A DNA stretch of 64,000 nt from Antedon mediterranea (taxonomy: Eukaryota > Animalia > Echinodermata), in contig NC_092676.1 in NCBI RefSeq assembly GCF_964355755.1, positions 16,138,871 through 16,202,870 of the forward strand. The letters run 5' to 3'. The notes below the pieces were generated by a model that was not told the origin of the DNA, searched no databases, and saw nothing but the letters and a program-made list of their open reading frames with translations. This document shows positions 37,320 to 50,879 of this stretch, piece after piece (positions within the stretch are counted from its first letter, which is position 1; each line of letters begins with the position of its first letter). Made by a program: the position numbers and the translations under genes.

Positions 37320-40300
37320 GAAAGTGCTTTATAATGAACAATAAGCACTGAGATTCCCCTGTGTTTGAGATGATTTATTCAGAAACAAGATCTCATTCAA
37401 ATCTGAAAACATGAAATATAAGTCATAACTTACATGTTAGAAACAAGAACTGACGTATGATTGAATAGCTATTACAGTATTATTATTAACATTTGTTCAA
37501 TAACTCACTGTTTGTCAGGCAAATCCCTAGCATAAGCCTACTGTCATACGTTCGACCCCTCAAATTACACTCATTAGTAACTAAACATATATTAAACTGG
37601 TACTGGTTAGCATTCATAAACTTTAGTTTCACTGGTTAGCATTTATTAACTTTCGTTTCTTTTCAGCCCTTTCCAAACTACTACAATATTCACGCGCGTT
37701 TAACATCCGGGATAGCAACTGACATAATCCTGGGTGCGCTCTACAACTCGGATTTGCTATAAATCCTACATTCCCCCAGCAATGAGGAAATCTCATTAAA
37801 ATACAAATTATTAATACAAATTTAACTTAAACAATGCAAACTCAAAACGTCTTCATAAACGTATCATAACTCACTTAAACTACATTGGTCATTTATTCCC
37901 ATTGATCAAGCTTTATCAGTTTCACAACAGGACGCTTATAAACCTTCTCGTGTACTTTTACGTCTACTACTCTCACTCTGTCATCTTCACTGGGGTAGGC
38001 CTTTACTATCTTTCCTACTAGCCAATCTCCCCTTTGACTTTGGTTATCAATAACTAATACTACGTCTCCTTCCTTTAGGTTTTCACTATCCTTATGCCAC
38101 TTTTGTCTGATTTGCAAACTAGGTAGGTATTCGCCTATAAACTTCTTCCAGAATTGATCGGCTATCAACTGGCTGTGACGCCACTGTTTTCTACTTCGTA
38201 CTTCATGCGGTTGGAATGCAATTGGTGGTAACGCAGGATCTCTTCTACACATCAGTAATAAATTGGGAGTTATGGGGTCTACGTCAGCGATGTCGGAAGA
38301 GGCATAACCTAGAGGTTTCGAATTAAGCATACCCTCAACAAACTACTTCACTCACAACTTTGTTCTTCAAAGCAGCATTTCAGTGCATTCTTTACTGATC
38401 TAACCTCCCGTTCCCATATTCCTCCAAAATGAGGGGCATTAGGAGGGTTGAACCTGAAGTCTACTTGCTGCTTAGCAAGTTTATTTTGCAGTTCATTACT
38501 CATAGCTTTGAAACATTCATTTAGTTCTCTTTCCGCCCCTTTAAAATTAGTTCCGCAGTCAGATAGCAACTCTTTAGGTGTCCCTCTTCTTGCGACAAAT
38601 CTTCTGTATGCCATGAGAAACGTGTCTGCATCCATGCAACTTATTGTTTCTAGATGAATGGCTCTCATGGTAAGGCACTTGAATATAATCCCCCATCTCT
38701 TTTCTTGTAATCGTTTCACGTTAACTATTATCGGTCCCCAACAATCTACTCCGGTGGAGTGAAACGGCTGTTTACCAACTCTAACTCTGGCTTCCGGTAA
38801 GTCTGCCATTATTGGCACTGTAGCAGCCTTTCTCCATTTTTGGCACTCTATACATTTTCTTAAGATTGACTTTATCGTGTTTCTTCCTTTCAGAATCCAA
38901 TATCTTCTTCGAACATAAGCAAATACCTGATTTGGTCCAGCGCTATGACAGAAAACATTACTATCTATTCGTTTGATTAGTAATTTAGTGATGTGGTGGC
39001 TGGGATCAAGTAATACAGGGTGTAAATCAATGTCCAGATCTACTGCTTTTTGGAGTCTACCTCCAACTCTAATTAATCCTGACTCATCCCATTGTGGGTC
39101 CAAGCTAACTAGTCGGCTACCTTTTTGCACATTTTTCCCACTCTGCAGCAACTGCACTTCTTCTGGGAAACATTCTCTCTGAACTTTGCGTAAGAGCATC
39201 GGTTCCAGATCTCTCACTTTCTGCACATCTAATGCTTCGGAATCTACTCCGTATATCGTCTGTCTATATTTTTCTAACATATCTTCCCATGTTCAAAATT
39301 CTGCTACATTTAAATCACCTGAGTTTACAATATTCCCACAAAACTTTACTCCTTTTTCTTCTTCTTTGACTTCCTGCATTTCAATTCTTTCATGGAGCAA
39401 TTCCTTCATGGGTAGTTTGAGGAACTCGGGTCCATTAAGCCATCTACCATTTATGCTTTCTACTGGAATCCCTCAGGATACATCATCCGCTGGGTTCACG
39501 CTGCCTGGCACATGTCTCCAACTCTTTATCTCCGTTTTACTTTGAATCTCTGCTACCCTGATGCCTACAAATGATTTGAAGTGACTACTGGGCTTCCTCA
39601 TCCAACCCAGAACTACCATGCTGTCTGTCATTATGATAATCTCATTGAACCTCAGTGTTAATTCTTCGGTTACTGTAGCTTTCATTCTATTATAAAGCGT
39701 GTATCATAGGCTCCGTCCTTCAGTTTCCATCGTATATATGCGCAGGCGCCAAACGCCTTCTCAGAGGCATCACAGAAAATCACCAATACCACCTCATCTG
39801 AAACATTATGTGGAGTCAAACATCGGAAGAATGTTACATCATTAATCATTTGAAATTCCTCGAACAGTCTTTTCCATTCGCTTTCAGTTTGTTCAGTTAA
39901 CTTCTCATCCCAATCAACTCCTGTCTCCCACAATTCTTGAATTCTTATTTTTGCTTTTACCGTCACTGGTGCTACAAACCCAATAGGATCAAACAACCTT
40001 GCTATGATACTTAGTATCTTCCTCTTTGTGAGTGCCTCTGTCCAATAATTACTTTGAATACAAATACATCCTTACTCGGTATCCATCTGATTCCTAGAAC
40101 TTTCTCTACACTACTAATCATTGCAACTTCTTTCGCTTCAACTTGGACCTTTTCTGCTATCTTTTCATTTGATACCCATCCCTTTACTGAGAATCCACCA
40201 TTGCTTAGTATCTTGTCTATGTATTGAATTAACTTAATTGCGTCGGGTTTGGACTTCACTGATGGACATATGTCGTCCATGTATGTATCTCTCACTATTA

Positions 40301-43300
40301 CTTTAGCGGCCTCTGGGTATTCAGTTTTACTTTCTAGTGCCATGGCCGGGACTGGCTTGTCGCCAAAAGTGAGAACTTGCTTTATATATATATCAGGCTC
40401 TCTGTCGAACTCCACATCTCGCCATAGGTATCTGTGAACGTGTTGGTCAATCTCCGGGATGCGGATTCGATGATACATTTTCGATATATCTCCGAGGATG
40501 GCAATGCGATTCTCTCGAAAGCGTAGTATTACTCCGACTAAGTTGTTTAAAAGGTCTATGGTGTCTCCGTTATATCTGTTTGAAGCATTGAACACAATCC
40601 GGACTGGTGTGGTTCTGTTCTCCGGTCGGTTCACCGAGAAATGCGGAATATAATGGACAGGGCCTTGATAACAATTGACTTCAGACTTGGTCAATTTTCT
40701 GGCGAGTTGCATTTGCACCATTTCATCTATTTGATGTTGGTATGCTTTTGCATGTTCTCTATTTTTTTGTTAATCTCCTTTCTAACACACCCAACATTTT
40801 TTCCGCTTGATGTTTATTGTCCATCAGGTTAAACGGATCTCTTACCCATGGGTAGGAAACTGTCCACTGGTTCTCCATCTTGATACATGAGTCTTCCAGT
40901 AACTTTGTTTCCATTTCCTCGTGTACAATCTGACTCTTCTTACAGCTACATGATCCTACATCTACTCCCATTGCTTCAGTTGACCAGAAATCTGCAAGGT
41001 CAACAAGTTTACTGATTTTAACATGCATTATCCGGTTGTTCAGCGTGGAATTACCACCACCACCGTAAACAGTCCATCCCAGAAGCCACAATTCCATCCC
41101 CTTCTAGTATTTTTCCTGTGTGAAGGTAAGCATAGTTTACTCCTATTAGAATATCAATCGGTCCAGCCTGTCTTTTCAGTGTACCCTCCTTCATCTCGAA
41201 CAATTGTTCCAGCTTTCTAAAATTTACATCAGGATTATCACTTATGTCGCTCATTCCGATGGCCTTGATTTTATGTATTTTCTTTGGATTCTCACCTACT
41301 AACTGTATGTCATAGAATTTTGTATCATATTTTTCCTCCTTACCTCCCACAGTGGTCAACGCTGCTGTAACATTTTTACCCTGGATACCCAAACTGTTAA
41401 CAAAGCGCCTTCCCTTATGAAAGTACCTTGGGAGCCGTTGTCTAACATCACATTTGCTTTCTTGCTTGTGTTTCCATTAATTACCTCAACTTCAAGTACC
41501 TGCAGTAATGGTTCATTGTCAATTACACTTCTGGACAGACCTACCAATCCCACGTTCCCTGGATGCAGTAAAGGATGGTGATACTTGTCACAACATTGTT
41601 TATCTACCAACTTGTTACATTGTTTTCTTCTGGTGCAATTTGCCATCCGGTGATTTCGGCCTGCAATTTCCAAGCATGCAAAACATGTATGTTTTTACTT
41701 TACCTTTTTCATGCTTTCATCTGAGACTCAGTTTTAACATAGCTTCACATTGGTCAGTCCAGTGGTCATCATTTTGACATACCCATCATTTATGGTATTC
41801 TGTTTTGGCAGCAGTTTGGTTTACTCTCACCTTGTGCTTTTCTTGGGGTTTTTGCTGTTCCTGGTTTCCGAAGACTGGGTCACTAGTTTCCAAGGCTGCA
41901 GTTTTTACAAACATAACAATGTCTTTCAATGACGGATTAGTTCCTTTGGCCTTGATCTTCTGATTCTCTCGACACCACCTGTTTTGGAGAAACTTAGGAA
42001 AACCATCAATTATTTGCTTTAAACTAGCTTGATTGTTCAATTCATTTAAATACTCAAGTGCACTTAGTGCCTCATAACAGTTTTCAATGTCATCTGAAAA
42101 CTCCCTTAAACTATGAACATTCACCTTTCCTCTAGTCAAAATCTTTTGAACCCATGCCTGGACAATGATTGCTGTATTACCAAATCTTTCCCTTAATGTG
42201 TCCCAAGCTGCTTTAAATCCTTCAGTGGGTGGTTTCATGACACAGAATTGAATTGCATCCAGAGCTTTACCTTTACAAAATAATATTAAGGTGTTCAACT
42301 TAACACTATCATTAACTCCTGACATCATGCTCTGGTAAGAAGTTATAAAGGAATGATAATATACAGGGTCCCCATCATAATGTTTCAGTGGTGTACGAGG
42401 AAGTGATAATGCCTTTACTAGACTATCCCAATTACCTTCAGTTTTATCAGTAGATACATTATTATTGTTTACATTAGCTTCAACAACATTAGGTTGATCT
42501 ACAACATTATGATTTTCACTATTGTTTACCTTATCATTAACTATAGTATCAGGTTGAGTCTTTTCTAATGTGTCTGTTTCAACATCTTGAATTGCTTTTG
42601 CCGCTAGGTTGTTAGATACTGTTTTAGTCTTATATTCAGTCTTGATAGCATAGACTTCTGCCATATATTCCTTTTGGCATCTGTAATAAATTACCATTCC
42701 CTAACATATAGAGTAACAACCGCTCGGAAGCATACGTGAGAGGAATTCGTGACATAATTTGGTGGCAGCGGTGTTCGACATAATTTGGTGGCAGCGGTTA
42801 TTTCAATCTACTGTTCGACTTAACTGTGTATTTATCTACTGTTGTGATATTTTGTGGTAGCAGTTTGATCTACTGTATTTTGCCATAGATTGGTGGCTGT
42901 TTTAAGATCAACTGTACTTTATTGATATTTTGTGAAAGCGGTACTTACGATACTGAGATATTTTACGGAAGCCGTGGTGCTACGTTTTGTTTAATCGTAA
43001 GTACACAAACATTGTTTTAAGAACAGTACATTATTTATTTGGAGCAGTAGACTTGTGAACGTCTCGGTAACTACGATTAACTAGTAACAAGACCCTCATC
43101 CAGATTTAAAATATGGCTGATAAACAATCAACAACAAGATCCGGTAGAGAATACAGCGGCGGCGATGAATCTGATTCTGAAGTAGAATCGGTTCAGTCAT
43201 TACAACCTGAACAACAGGCAGAAGAGTCTGTACCAACCAGTGGACATAACCCTACAGGGGCTGACTCATCTTCAAAAGATTTGTTGTTGTTGATGCAGCA

Positions 43301-46300
43301 GCAAATGCAACAGCAAATGCAGCAGCAAATGCAACAGCAAATGCAGCAACAAATGCAACAGCAGAATCTTATGATGCAGCAGATGATGGAACAACAAGAA
43401 CGTTTACGTCAAGAAGATATGGAAAGACAAGAACGTTTACGTAGGGAAGATATGGAGAAACAGCAAGCATTAGTAATGGCGTTAATGGATAAGCAAAAGG
43501 ACAGTGAGGAGAAACGATTAAAAGACATAATGAGATTGAAGGAAGTTCAAATTGCAAAACTTTCTGATAGTGAAGATATTGAAAATTATCTCACTACGTT
43601 TGAACGAATTGGCGAAGAGAACACTGGGTAGTAAAACTGATACCACATTTGACAGGCAAAGCAAGAGCAGCCTATGCATCACTACCAGTGACAGAAAGTA
43701 ACCAGTACGATATAGTGAAGAAAGCAATATTACAAAGGTATGACATAACTGAAGAGACATATAGACAAAGGTTTAGGTCAATTAAAAAGAAAAGTGAAGA
43801 AAGTTATAGAGAAATGTATGTTAGGTTGAAAGATTTATTTACGAAGTGGGCTAAGCCTGCTGATAAAAGCAAAGATGATTTAGCTGAAATTGTTATTTTA
43901 GAGCAATTGATAGATATTATGCCCACATGGGTACAAATATGGGTTAAAGAACATAAACCAGACTCTGGATTAAATGCTGCGGAATTAGCAGATAATTATT
44001 TTCAAGCTAGAAAAGGTATCGATTTTGAGAACAAGTTTCAAAATAGAAAACACGAGAATAGAAACAACCAGGAGAAAACAGTCAAAGGCACTCCTGAAGT
44101 TGACAGTAAGGGTAATAATAATCCCCCTGATAACTTTCATAAATCACAATCTGACGCTAGACAACCTCTCGTTTGTAGACGGTGCAAAAAAGTAGGCCAC
44201 ATAGAACGATTTTGTCGAAGTAAGGATGGCTTTTTTTCGACAAAGACAGATACTGTTTCAAAACCATGTACACCTTACATTTGTAGAGGTCTAGTTGAAG
44301 GATGTGATTGTGAAATTTTGATAGACTCTGGATGTGATATGACACTTGTTCATTCTGATTTAGTAGCGGCTAAGAAAATTAATCGCGCGGAGCAAGCTAA
44401 AATTACATGCAGGTGCGTCCATGACCATGTCCAAGCCTATCCTACTGCATTCGTCAATATTAAGGTTAATAACGAAGACCATAATTTGTTGGTTGGGGTT
44501 TCCAGCGATTTACCAAGAAATGTAATTCTTAGTAGGGACTTTCCTAAATTTGGAGACTTATTAGGGAAAGGGAATAAGAATCATGCTAGGCATAGTTTTG
44601 TTGCCACTAGAGATCATGCTAGAAAAGAAAAACTAAAAGAGGAAAACGAATTAAATTCGGAAAAAGCTTCTGGGGTTATTTCACGTCAGTTAGATGATGT
44701 GGTTAATTTTCAAGAAGAATTTGGACATTTAGATGGCCAACTACTCAGTGACAACCCTCCCAAGGAAAAAGTTCATAAAACTAGAAGTGAGAAACGAAAA
44801 GTTAGGAAAGAGTTTGCAAAAACAAAGGAAGCTCAATCTAGCCAAGATAGTGAATTAGACATTTTAGATATTGGCAGAGATAAAATTAAGGATTATCAGG
44901 TTAAGGATAGAACTTTAATTTCACTTCGAGAACAGATGTTAGTACAGAAAGATGATGACACTATAAAGATAGTCTGTAAGGATGGAATTTTATTTAGGCA
45001 AGTTTTCACTAAACACCAGACAGAACCAATAGAGCAATTAGTAGTTCCATATCCTTGCCGTAATAGTGTTTTGAAAGTTTCACATGATATTTCTTTGACA
45101 GAGTATTGTAAAGTCTCAAAGTATAAAACTAAATTGAAGGCCCCGATGATTGCTATGTCAGTAATTGTTAGTGAACCATTCCGACCAATTTACATGAATA
45201 TTGTTGGTTCATTATTAGTAATTATTAATCATTATGTTCTATGTTATTATGGCGTATTTAAGTTTTATAGACTAGGAGTGGGTTAAATTTTGCCACGTCC
45301 GTGTATACTTGCCCCTCAAAACTCCAAGAAAGAGTTTTGAGCTCAGGAAGAGGGGGGAGTGTAATAAATTACCATTCCCTAACATATAGAGTAACATAGT
45401 ATTTACATGAACATTCTAGAATAAGATGTTTTGATTTAAGAAACCATGTATAATTAACAACAATCACAATCAGGAACATTCCAGCATGCTATTAATAGAA
45501 ACTGTAATCATGTAATAATGAGAAGTATAAAGAATGATCTAGAAGGATAGGAGCATCTTGTATATAAAGGGATGTAAACTATTGTAAGGTTGTTGGATTA
45601 GAGGTTGGATATTATATTGTAAAGTTATTGTGAAGCTGTTGTTTAAAGTGCTTACTGGATTGTTAAAAGTTGAAGTTGATTGAAATTAAAGCTTTGTTTT
45701 GAGTTATTTTACAACTTTGTGGATTTGGTGTGTATATTTTTATGTCACAAGGGAGTTCCTAAAGTATTTTCAACCGCTCGGAAACATACGTGAGAGGAGT
45801 TCGTGACACATCTTATCATCAATCTTCTTCCTTTTGAAATTCATCATCATCGTTTATCAACTCGACTAACTCCGCATGAGATTGCTCAATGGTTTCAAAC
45901 GTTCTTTTAAGTCTTAATAGTCCTTCTTGCAGCTCTTGCTCCGATGGTTGGCTATCAACGAGTTGTCTCAATCCACCTAAGGCTCTTGTTAAGGTTCCCT
46001 TGCGGTTTCTTCTGGTTACCTTTAGCTTGTACATTTGGTCGTTCTCTATACCTTCCTTGTGCGTCAGTCAGTAAAAACAATTTGAATTGTAAGGGAAGTA
46101 CTTTATAATGAACAATAAGCACTGAGATTCGCTTGTGTTTGAGATGATTTATTCAGAAACAAGATCTCATTCAAATCTGAAAGCATGAAATATAAGTCAT
46201 AACTTACATGTTAGAAACAAGAACTGACGTATGATTGAATAGCTATTATAACATTATTTCTTAACATTTGTTCAATAACTCGCTGTTTGTCAGGCAAATC

Positions 46301-46317
46301 CCTAGCATAAGCCTACT
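37314..46317 (-). mobile_element. BEL/Pao LTR retrotransposon, defective, with a nested Gypsy
   Basis: 3' LTR 37314-37770 (TG..CA) with PPT GCTGGGGGAA adjacent. 5' LTR 46088-46317 is truncated. Gag 46034-45809 plus 42681-41786, protease LDNGSQ, RT (GDISKMY, TYMDD), Pao RNase H (FCDASEKAFG, NPAD), integrase (GVDCWGP, SDCGTNF, APHFGGIWER) and a DUF5641-like tail. Many frameshifts. Confidence 0.95.
42682..45808 (+). mobile_element. Gmr1-like Ty3/Gypsy LTR element, internally deleted, nested in the BEL gag
   Basis: TSD CATC (42678-42681, 45809-45812). The 5' LTR 42682-42754 is internally deleted; the 3' LTR is 45360-45808. PBS TGGTGGCAGCGGT, PPT AGGAAGAGGGGGGAG. ORF 43113-45286 (one frameshift) has a SCAN-like capsid, CCHC knuckle, protease LIDSGC, then an integrase N-terminal remnant. 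Confidence 0.92.
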
Positions 46318-47210
46318 AAGGTGAGAAACCTTCTTTTTCAATTTTAAATCTCTGATTCTGTAATTATGTTGAATGGTATGTTTTTTTGGTCTCCAACTTA
46401 ATTTAGGCATAAAGCGTTATATTACAAAATATGCTTTCAAGTTTCTATTACAAAATATTTATTTATTTTCATAAGATACATCATAATGGAATAACAAAAA
46501 TAACGCTTTAATATGTTGGAGAAACTTAAATAAGCCGAGACGGCTGTGAGGCTAGTTCCACCAGAAAAAAGCAATCAAAAAGTATATAAAAATAACCATA
46601 TCAAGAGTAGTAAAAAAATAAATAAATAATGAAAAAATAAATAAAGGAAAAAAAACAAGAATAAGTGAAAGAAATTGGTAAGCTACGACAACAAGATACA
46701 GAACAAAATCACATCGTTTCGAATTTAGCGTGATGCTGTAAGCCATCACTGGTACCGTTTCACCAATGATGTTGACTCCAGTCTACTACGATGAGGTAGC
46801 ATCTCCGACTTCAGACTGGAATGTTTTTTTGTTGTTTTTTTTAATAGTTTTTTTTTCTTCTGCTTTATATAAAAAAATCCTTACTAAATACTAAAGCTTA
46901 ATAACTTGAAAGTTTTTTTTTATAAATTACTTATTTTTAACATTACAATAATATTATAATCTATTTTTAATGATTTTATTTTGTATTTCTTCCAAACCAA
47001 ACTTAACAAAGTGAAGATTAATTTTACATTATCTTAACTATTCCAATTTTTTTTTATTTTACAATTTTATTGCCTAACAACAAGTATTACTCTTTATTTA
47101 AATCATTATTGTTACAACTAAAATCTATATGCCTATAACCTGTTTATTATTATTATTGTTTATTTTTTGTGATAATATTTTCTTTTTCATTTTAACTTAG
47201 ATTTATTTAA
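46318..47210 (+). repeat. Segmental duplication block A, copy 2
   Basis: Colinear with 27373-28330; abuts the truncated BEL LTR. Confidence 0.9.
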
Positions 47211-48169
47211 GTAAACAGTATTTTTAAATATTAAAAGTTGTATTTAAAGTTAATGGTGTTTTCACCAACAATTCTTATTTCTACATTGTGATTCATCTAA
47301 AATTTGTTAATTGTTTGTCAATGAATTTGTCTTATCAAACAATATTCAGTATATCTAAACTTTTAAGTACCTTATTTTGTCTTAACGTATATTATGTTGT
47401 CTTAACTTATGTTACCTGTATCTTAATTTGTTTATCTATCTTCAATATTAATTCTCCAGAAAGAATAGTTCTTTACTTATTTCCAGTTTCTCTATAATGG
47501 CGTTAATTACTAAATATGCTATTGCGGATGGCTTTACTGTTGTAAGAGATATTTTATTCGTTATCAAATATTCTACAGATTCGTGTCTCACTCTTTCTAT
47601 TCTTCGTTTGTTATTGTTGGTTGTAGCCTTGCTCATAGCAATATCGCAATAAGTATGAACAAAATCAAGACACGTGACACTATTGAGATTAAAGTTTACT
47701 ATCTTTAATATTTTGAATTCTATTTGTGCTATTTTTTAGGATTATAGAAGCCAAGATTCTGGAGGCGATCACATGCAGATGATGTGTTTAGATTGGTATC
47801 GTTCAGCACATTTCAATGCAAGGCAAAATGATGCAGTTGCCAATTCCTCCAGATCACAAAGTTTAAATGCTGTGTTATCACATTTTAGTACATTTTCTAT
47901 AATTGTAAGTCTACGATGGACTATATTATAATCGATTATGTATTCACAATGAATGAGTTCAGATCGAATATTATATAAAAAACATCTACCATATGATCTT
48001 TGACTGATTGTGATTCAAATTGTGCCCATGGATTTTTAGATTCAGATTATTCACGATCAATTACTGAATAAAAATATTCTTTATTAGATTCAAGCTCATA
48101 GTTTTCATTTGAAATATTATCATTAGAATTGTTATCACTACCTGGAAAATGAAACAAAACATCACCATT

Positions 48170-48690
48170 GCATACTACTACAACAGTGCTATTAATCCTA
48201 GAATGCTCTTTCATTATGCTACTACAACTGTTGCTACTACTACTATCACTGTCGTTACTACAACTACTACTCCTTGACTTAGTGCCACTACTAGTACTGC
48301 CACTGTCGATACTAATACAACAACTAGTAGACAAAGTGCCACTACTACTACTCCTTGACTTAGTGCCACTACTAGTACTACCACTGTCGATACTAATACA
48401 ACAACTATTAGACAAAGTGCCACTACTACTACTACTACTGTTACTACTACTCCTTGACTTAGTGACACTACTAGTACTACCACTGTTGATACTAATACAA
48501 CAACTACTAGTTAAAGTTCCACTAGGCCTACTACTGCTGCTGCTGCTGCTACTGCTACTGCTACTGCTGCTGCTACTACTACTGCTGCTGCTACTGCTAC
48601 TACTACTGCTGCTACTACTACTGCTACTTCTACTAGCCTACTACTACTGCTGCTGCTGCTGCTGCTACTGCTACTGCTGCTCTTACTACT
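48170..48690. repeat. (CTA/CTG)n microsatellite with three ~81-bp CTA-rich minisatellite units
   Basis: CTCCTTGACTTAGTG.CACTACTAGTAC occurs three times in 48266-48525, followed by a CTA/CTG run. Confidence 0.9.
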
Positions 48691-50305
48691 TTCATTCATT
48701 CAGGCTTATCGCCTGACTTTATTTAATTTAGGCCTCTGGCCCCTAGTAATTAACAAAATAATAATTACATTGAAAAATAAAGCAATTTATGGTCACAAGA
48801 TAAATGAATTAGTTAATTTCGTTCTCTAAACAAAACATATATCTTAACTTATAAGCATGATAAATATATTTAGATAGATTATCAATAATTATTGGATCCT
48901 GTGATGACAATAAACGGCAGAATTTAAAAGTATTTGGATTTTCCAAAAATAAAGAAGGTATACATTTTTTTCTGATTTCCTTGTAACGAGAGCAAACCGT
49001 AACAAAATGATATTCATCTTCAACTTCATTTATATTACATATTTTACATAACCTATTGATGCGCTCTATTCTTTTCCACCTTCCCTTCTCTACCTCTAGT
49101 TGAAGTGTGCCCAGTCTTAGTTGACTTAAAGCTCGCTTATATCTAGTATCAAGGGTCTGTAGTAAGTATCCATCTACTCCGAAATTGTTTTTGAACATTT
49201 TATAATATCTTGATTTTGAAGAAATATTTATGCTTTCATGAAAGGATTGGCGTTCCATATCGGTCAGCCTTTTCTTTTTTATTTTATTAATTATATAAAA
49301 TTTATCAAGGACATTATTTTGTGAAAACCATATGTTTCCATGACCAATAGAGCATAACATACGTTTTACATCGCTTACCCAACAATTACTATTATTTTGC
49401 GCTTTATGAAGTTAAGATTTTTCTTCGTATATTTGTCCTCGTTCATATTTACTAGTCTTACCCAATAACGGATAACATTGAGTACACTTTCGATTGATAA
49501 ATAGAATCGTCCACATTCTCCTCTAATTGAAACATTTGTGGCTGATTTCCCGACCCCTAAAACATATCTTACAGAAACTATTTTGAATATCATCAATTTT
49601 GTTGTTGTTTAGTTTTCTCCATATTTCACTATCATACAGTATAATTGGGTTTATTTTAACATCAAATAAGTAGTTTCAAATATTCACTGGTAGATGTCCA
49701 TATTTCTGATATAATATATTTTTGAGTGAGAAAGGTGCTTTATTAGCCTGTGTATTATTTTGTTCTCTGGCATTTTCCCAATTTCCTGAACAATCGAAAG
49801 TGACTCCAAGATATTTAAGAGATTTTACTATTTCAATTTCTTTACCAAGATAATTCCACTTTTCGTAGTTCTTAAGTTTTCAATTTTTTTAAAATACTAT
49901 TATTTTACCTTTGTCAATGTTAACTACCAATCCCCACCTATTACAATAATATGCTAATTTATTTAAAAGATCTTGTAATGAGTACACTGTATCACTGATT
50001 AAAACTAGATCATCTGCATATAGTAGGTGATTAATATTTATGTTATCAATTTTTATTTTGTTTCGATTTTCAGCAGTATGTAATAACTCAGTTATATCAT
50101 TAATCCAAATATTAAATAATAATGAAGATAAAGGTAACCCTTGTTGTATTCCTACTTCACATTTAAAGGATTCTCCAATTTTGTTGCCAACCTTTACATG
50201 CCCTTTTAGTTTACTATACATTGTTTTATTAACTTTGATTTTTTTACCTTTTATACCAGCTTTTCTTAGTTTACTTATAAGGAAAGCGTGTCTAATAGAA
50301 TCGAA
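48691..50305 (-). mobile_element. 5'-truncated non-LTR retrotransposon (RTE-X-like RT plus C-terminal Zn motif), defective
   Basis: GIQQGLPLSSLLFNIWIND, LLYADDLVL and LEVEKGRW..RLCKIC..VEDEYHF..C..Y motifs. The 3' end has AATAAA, hairpin TCAGGC-GATAA-GCCTGA and (TGAA)n. The clade call is tentative. Confidence 0.85.
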
Positions 50306-50319
50306 ATATTGTTTTGTTT

Positions 50320-50724
50320 TGTTTTGACGTTCTAATTAATTTAGCGGATAGGCGTAAGTTATTTGATTTAATTTTTATTTTTAAGTTTATGAACTCAATT
50401 TTTCATGGTAATTTTGAAGTGTACTTTCCTATTTCTGTTCCACAATATCAATTACGTAATCCTGCTTTATTTTCTATAGCAAGTATAGCAATATTACTAA
50501 AAATGGTTTTGTTAATCGTTTGCCTAAGTTGATGATGGATCTGTTGATATTTTTTTGATTCACTTGCTTGTTTCCGTCTAATGTTAGTAATATCTAAATG
50601 TTGTCTTGTTATCTGTTGATTTTTGCTTGTATATATTATTATTATTATATTTTATGACTTTCAACCCTGTTAATTTTGACGTTTGGTCACTGTAGGGTGA
50701 TGATAAAATAAAAGTTTAAAAAAA
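50320..50724 (+). mobile_element. CR1-like LINE 3' fragment
   Basis: LADRRKLFDLIFIFK..VPQYQLRNP motif followed by AATAAA and an A-run. Confidence 0.6.
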
Positions 50725-50879
50725 TAGTACGTACATAATTTAGATTTTAAATCGAATAGAGAATGTTTACAAAATAAAACGGAGGATTCCTACAAAATAC
50801 GGCAGCTCCTTTCATTACCACATATGACAAGTTTGTTATGTCTTCAGTTATTAAGTCGTTCCAAACTTAAGGAGTTGTG

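Noticed and set aside
48047-48716. Poly-Leu/Ser/Val ORFs in the track
   Set aside because: They are translations of the CTA/CTG microsatellite on both strands.
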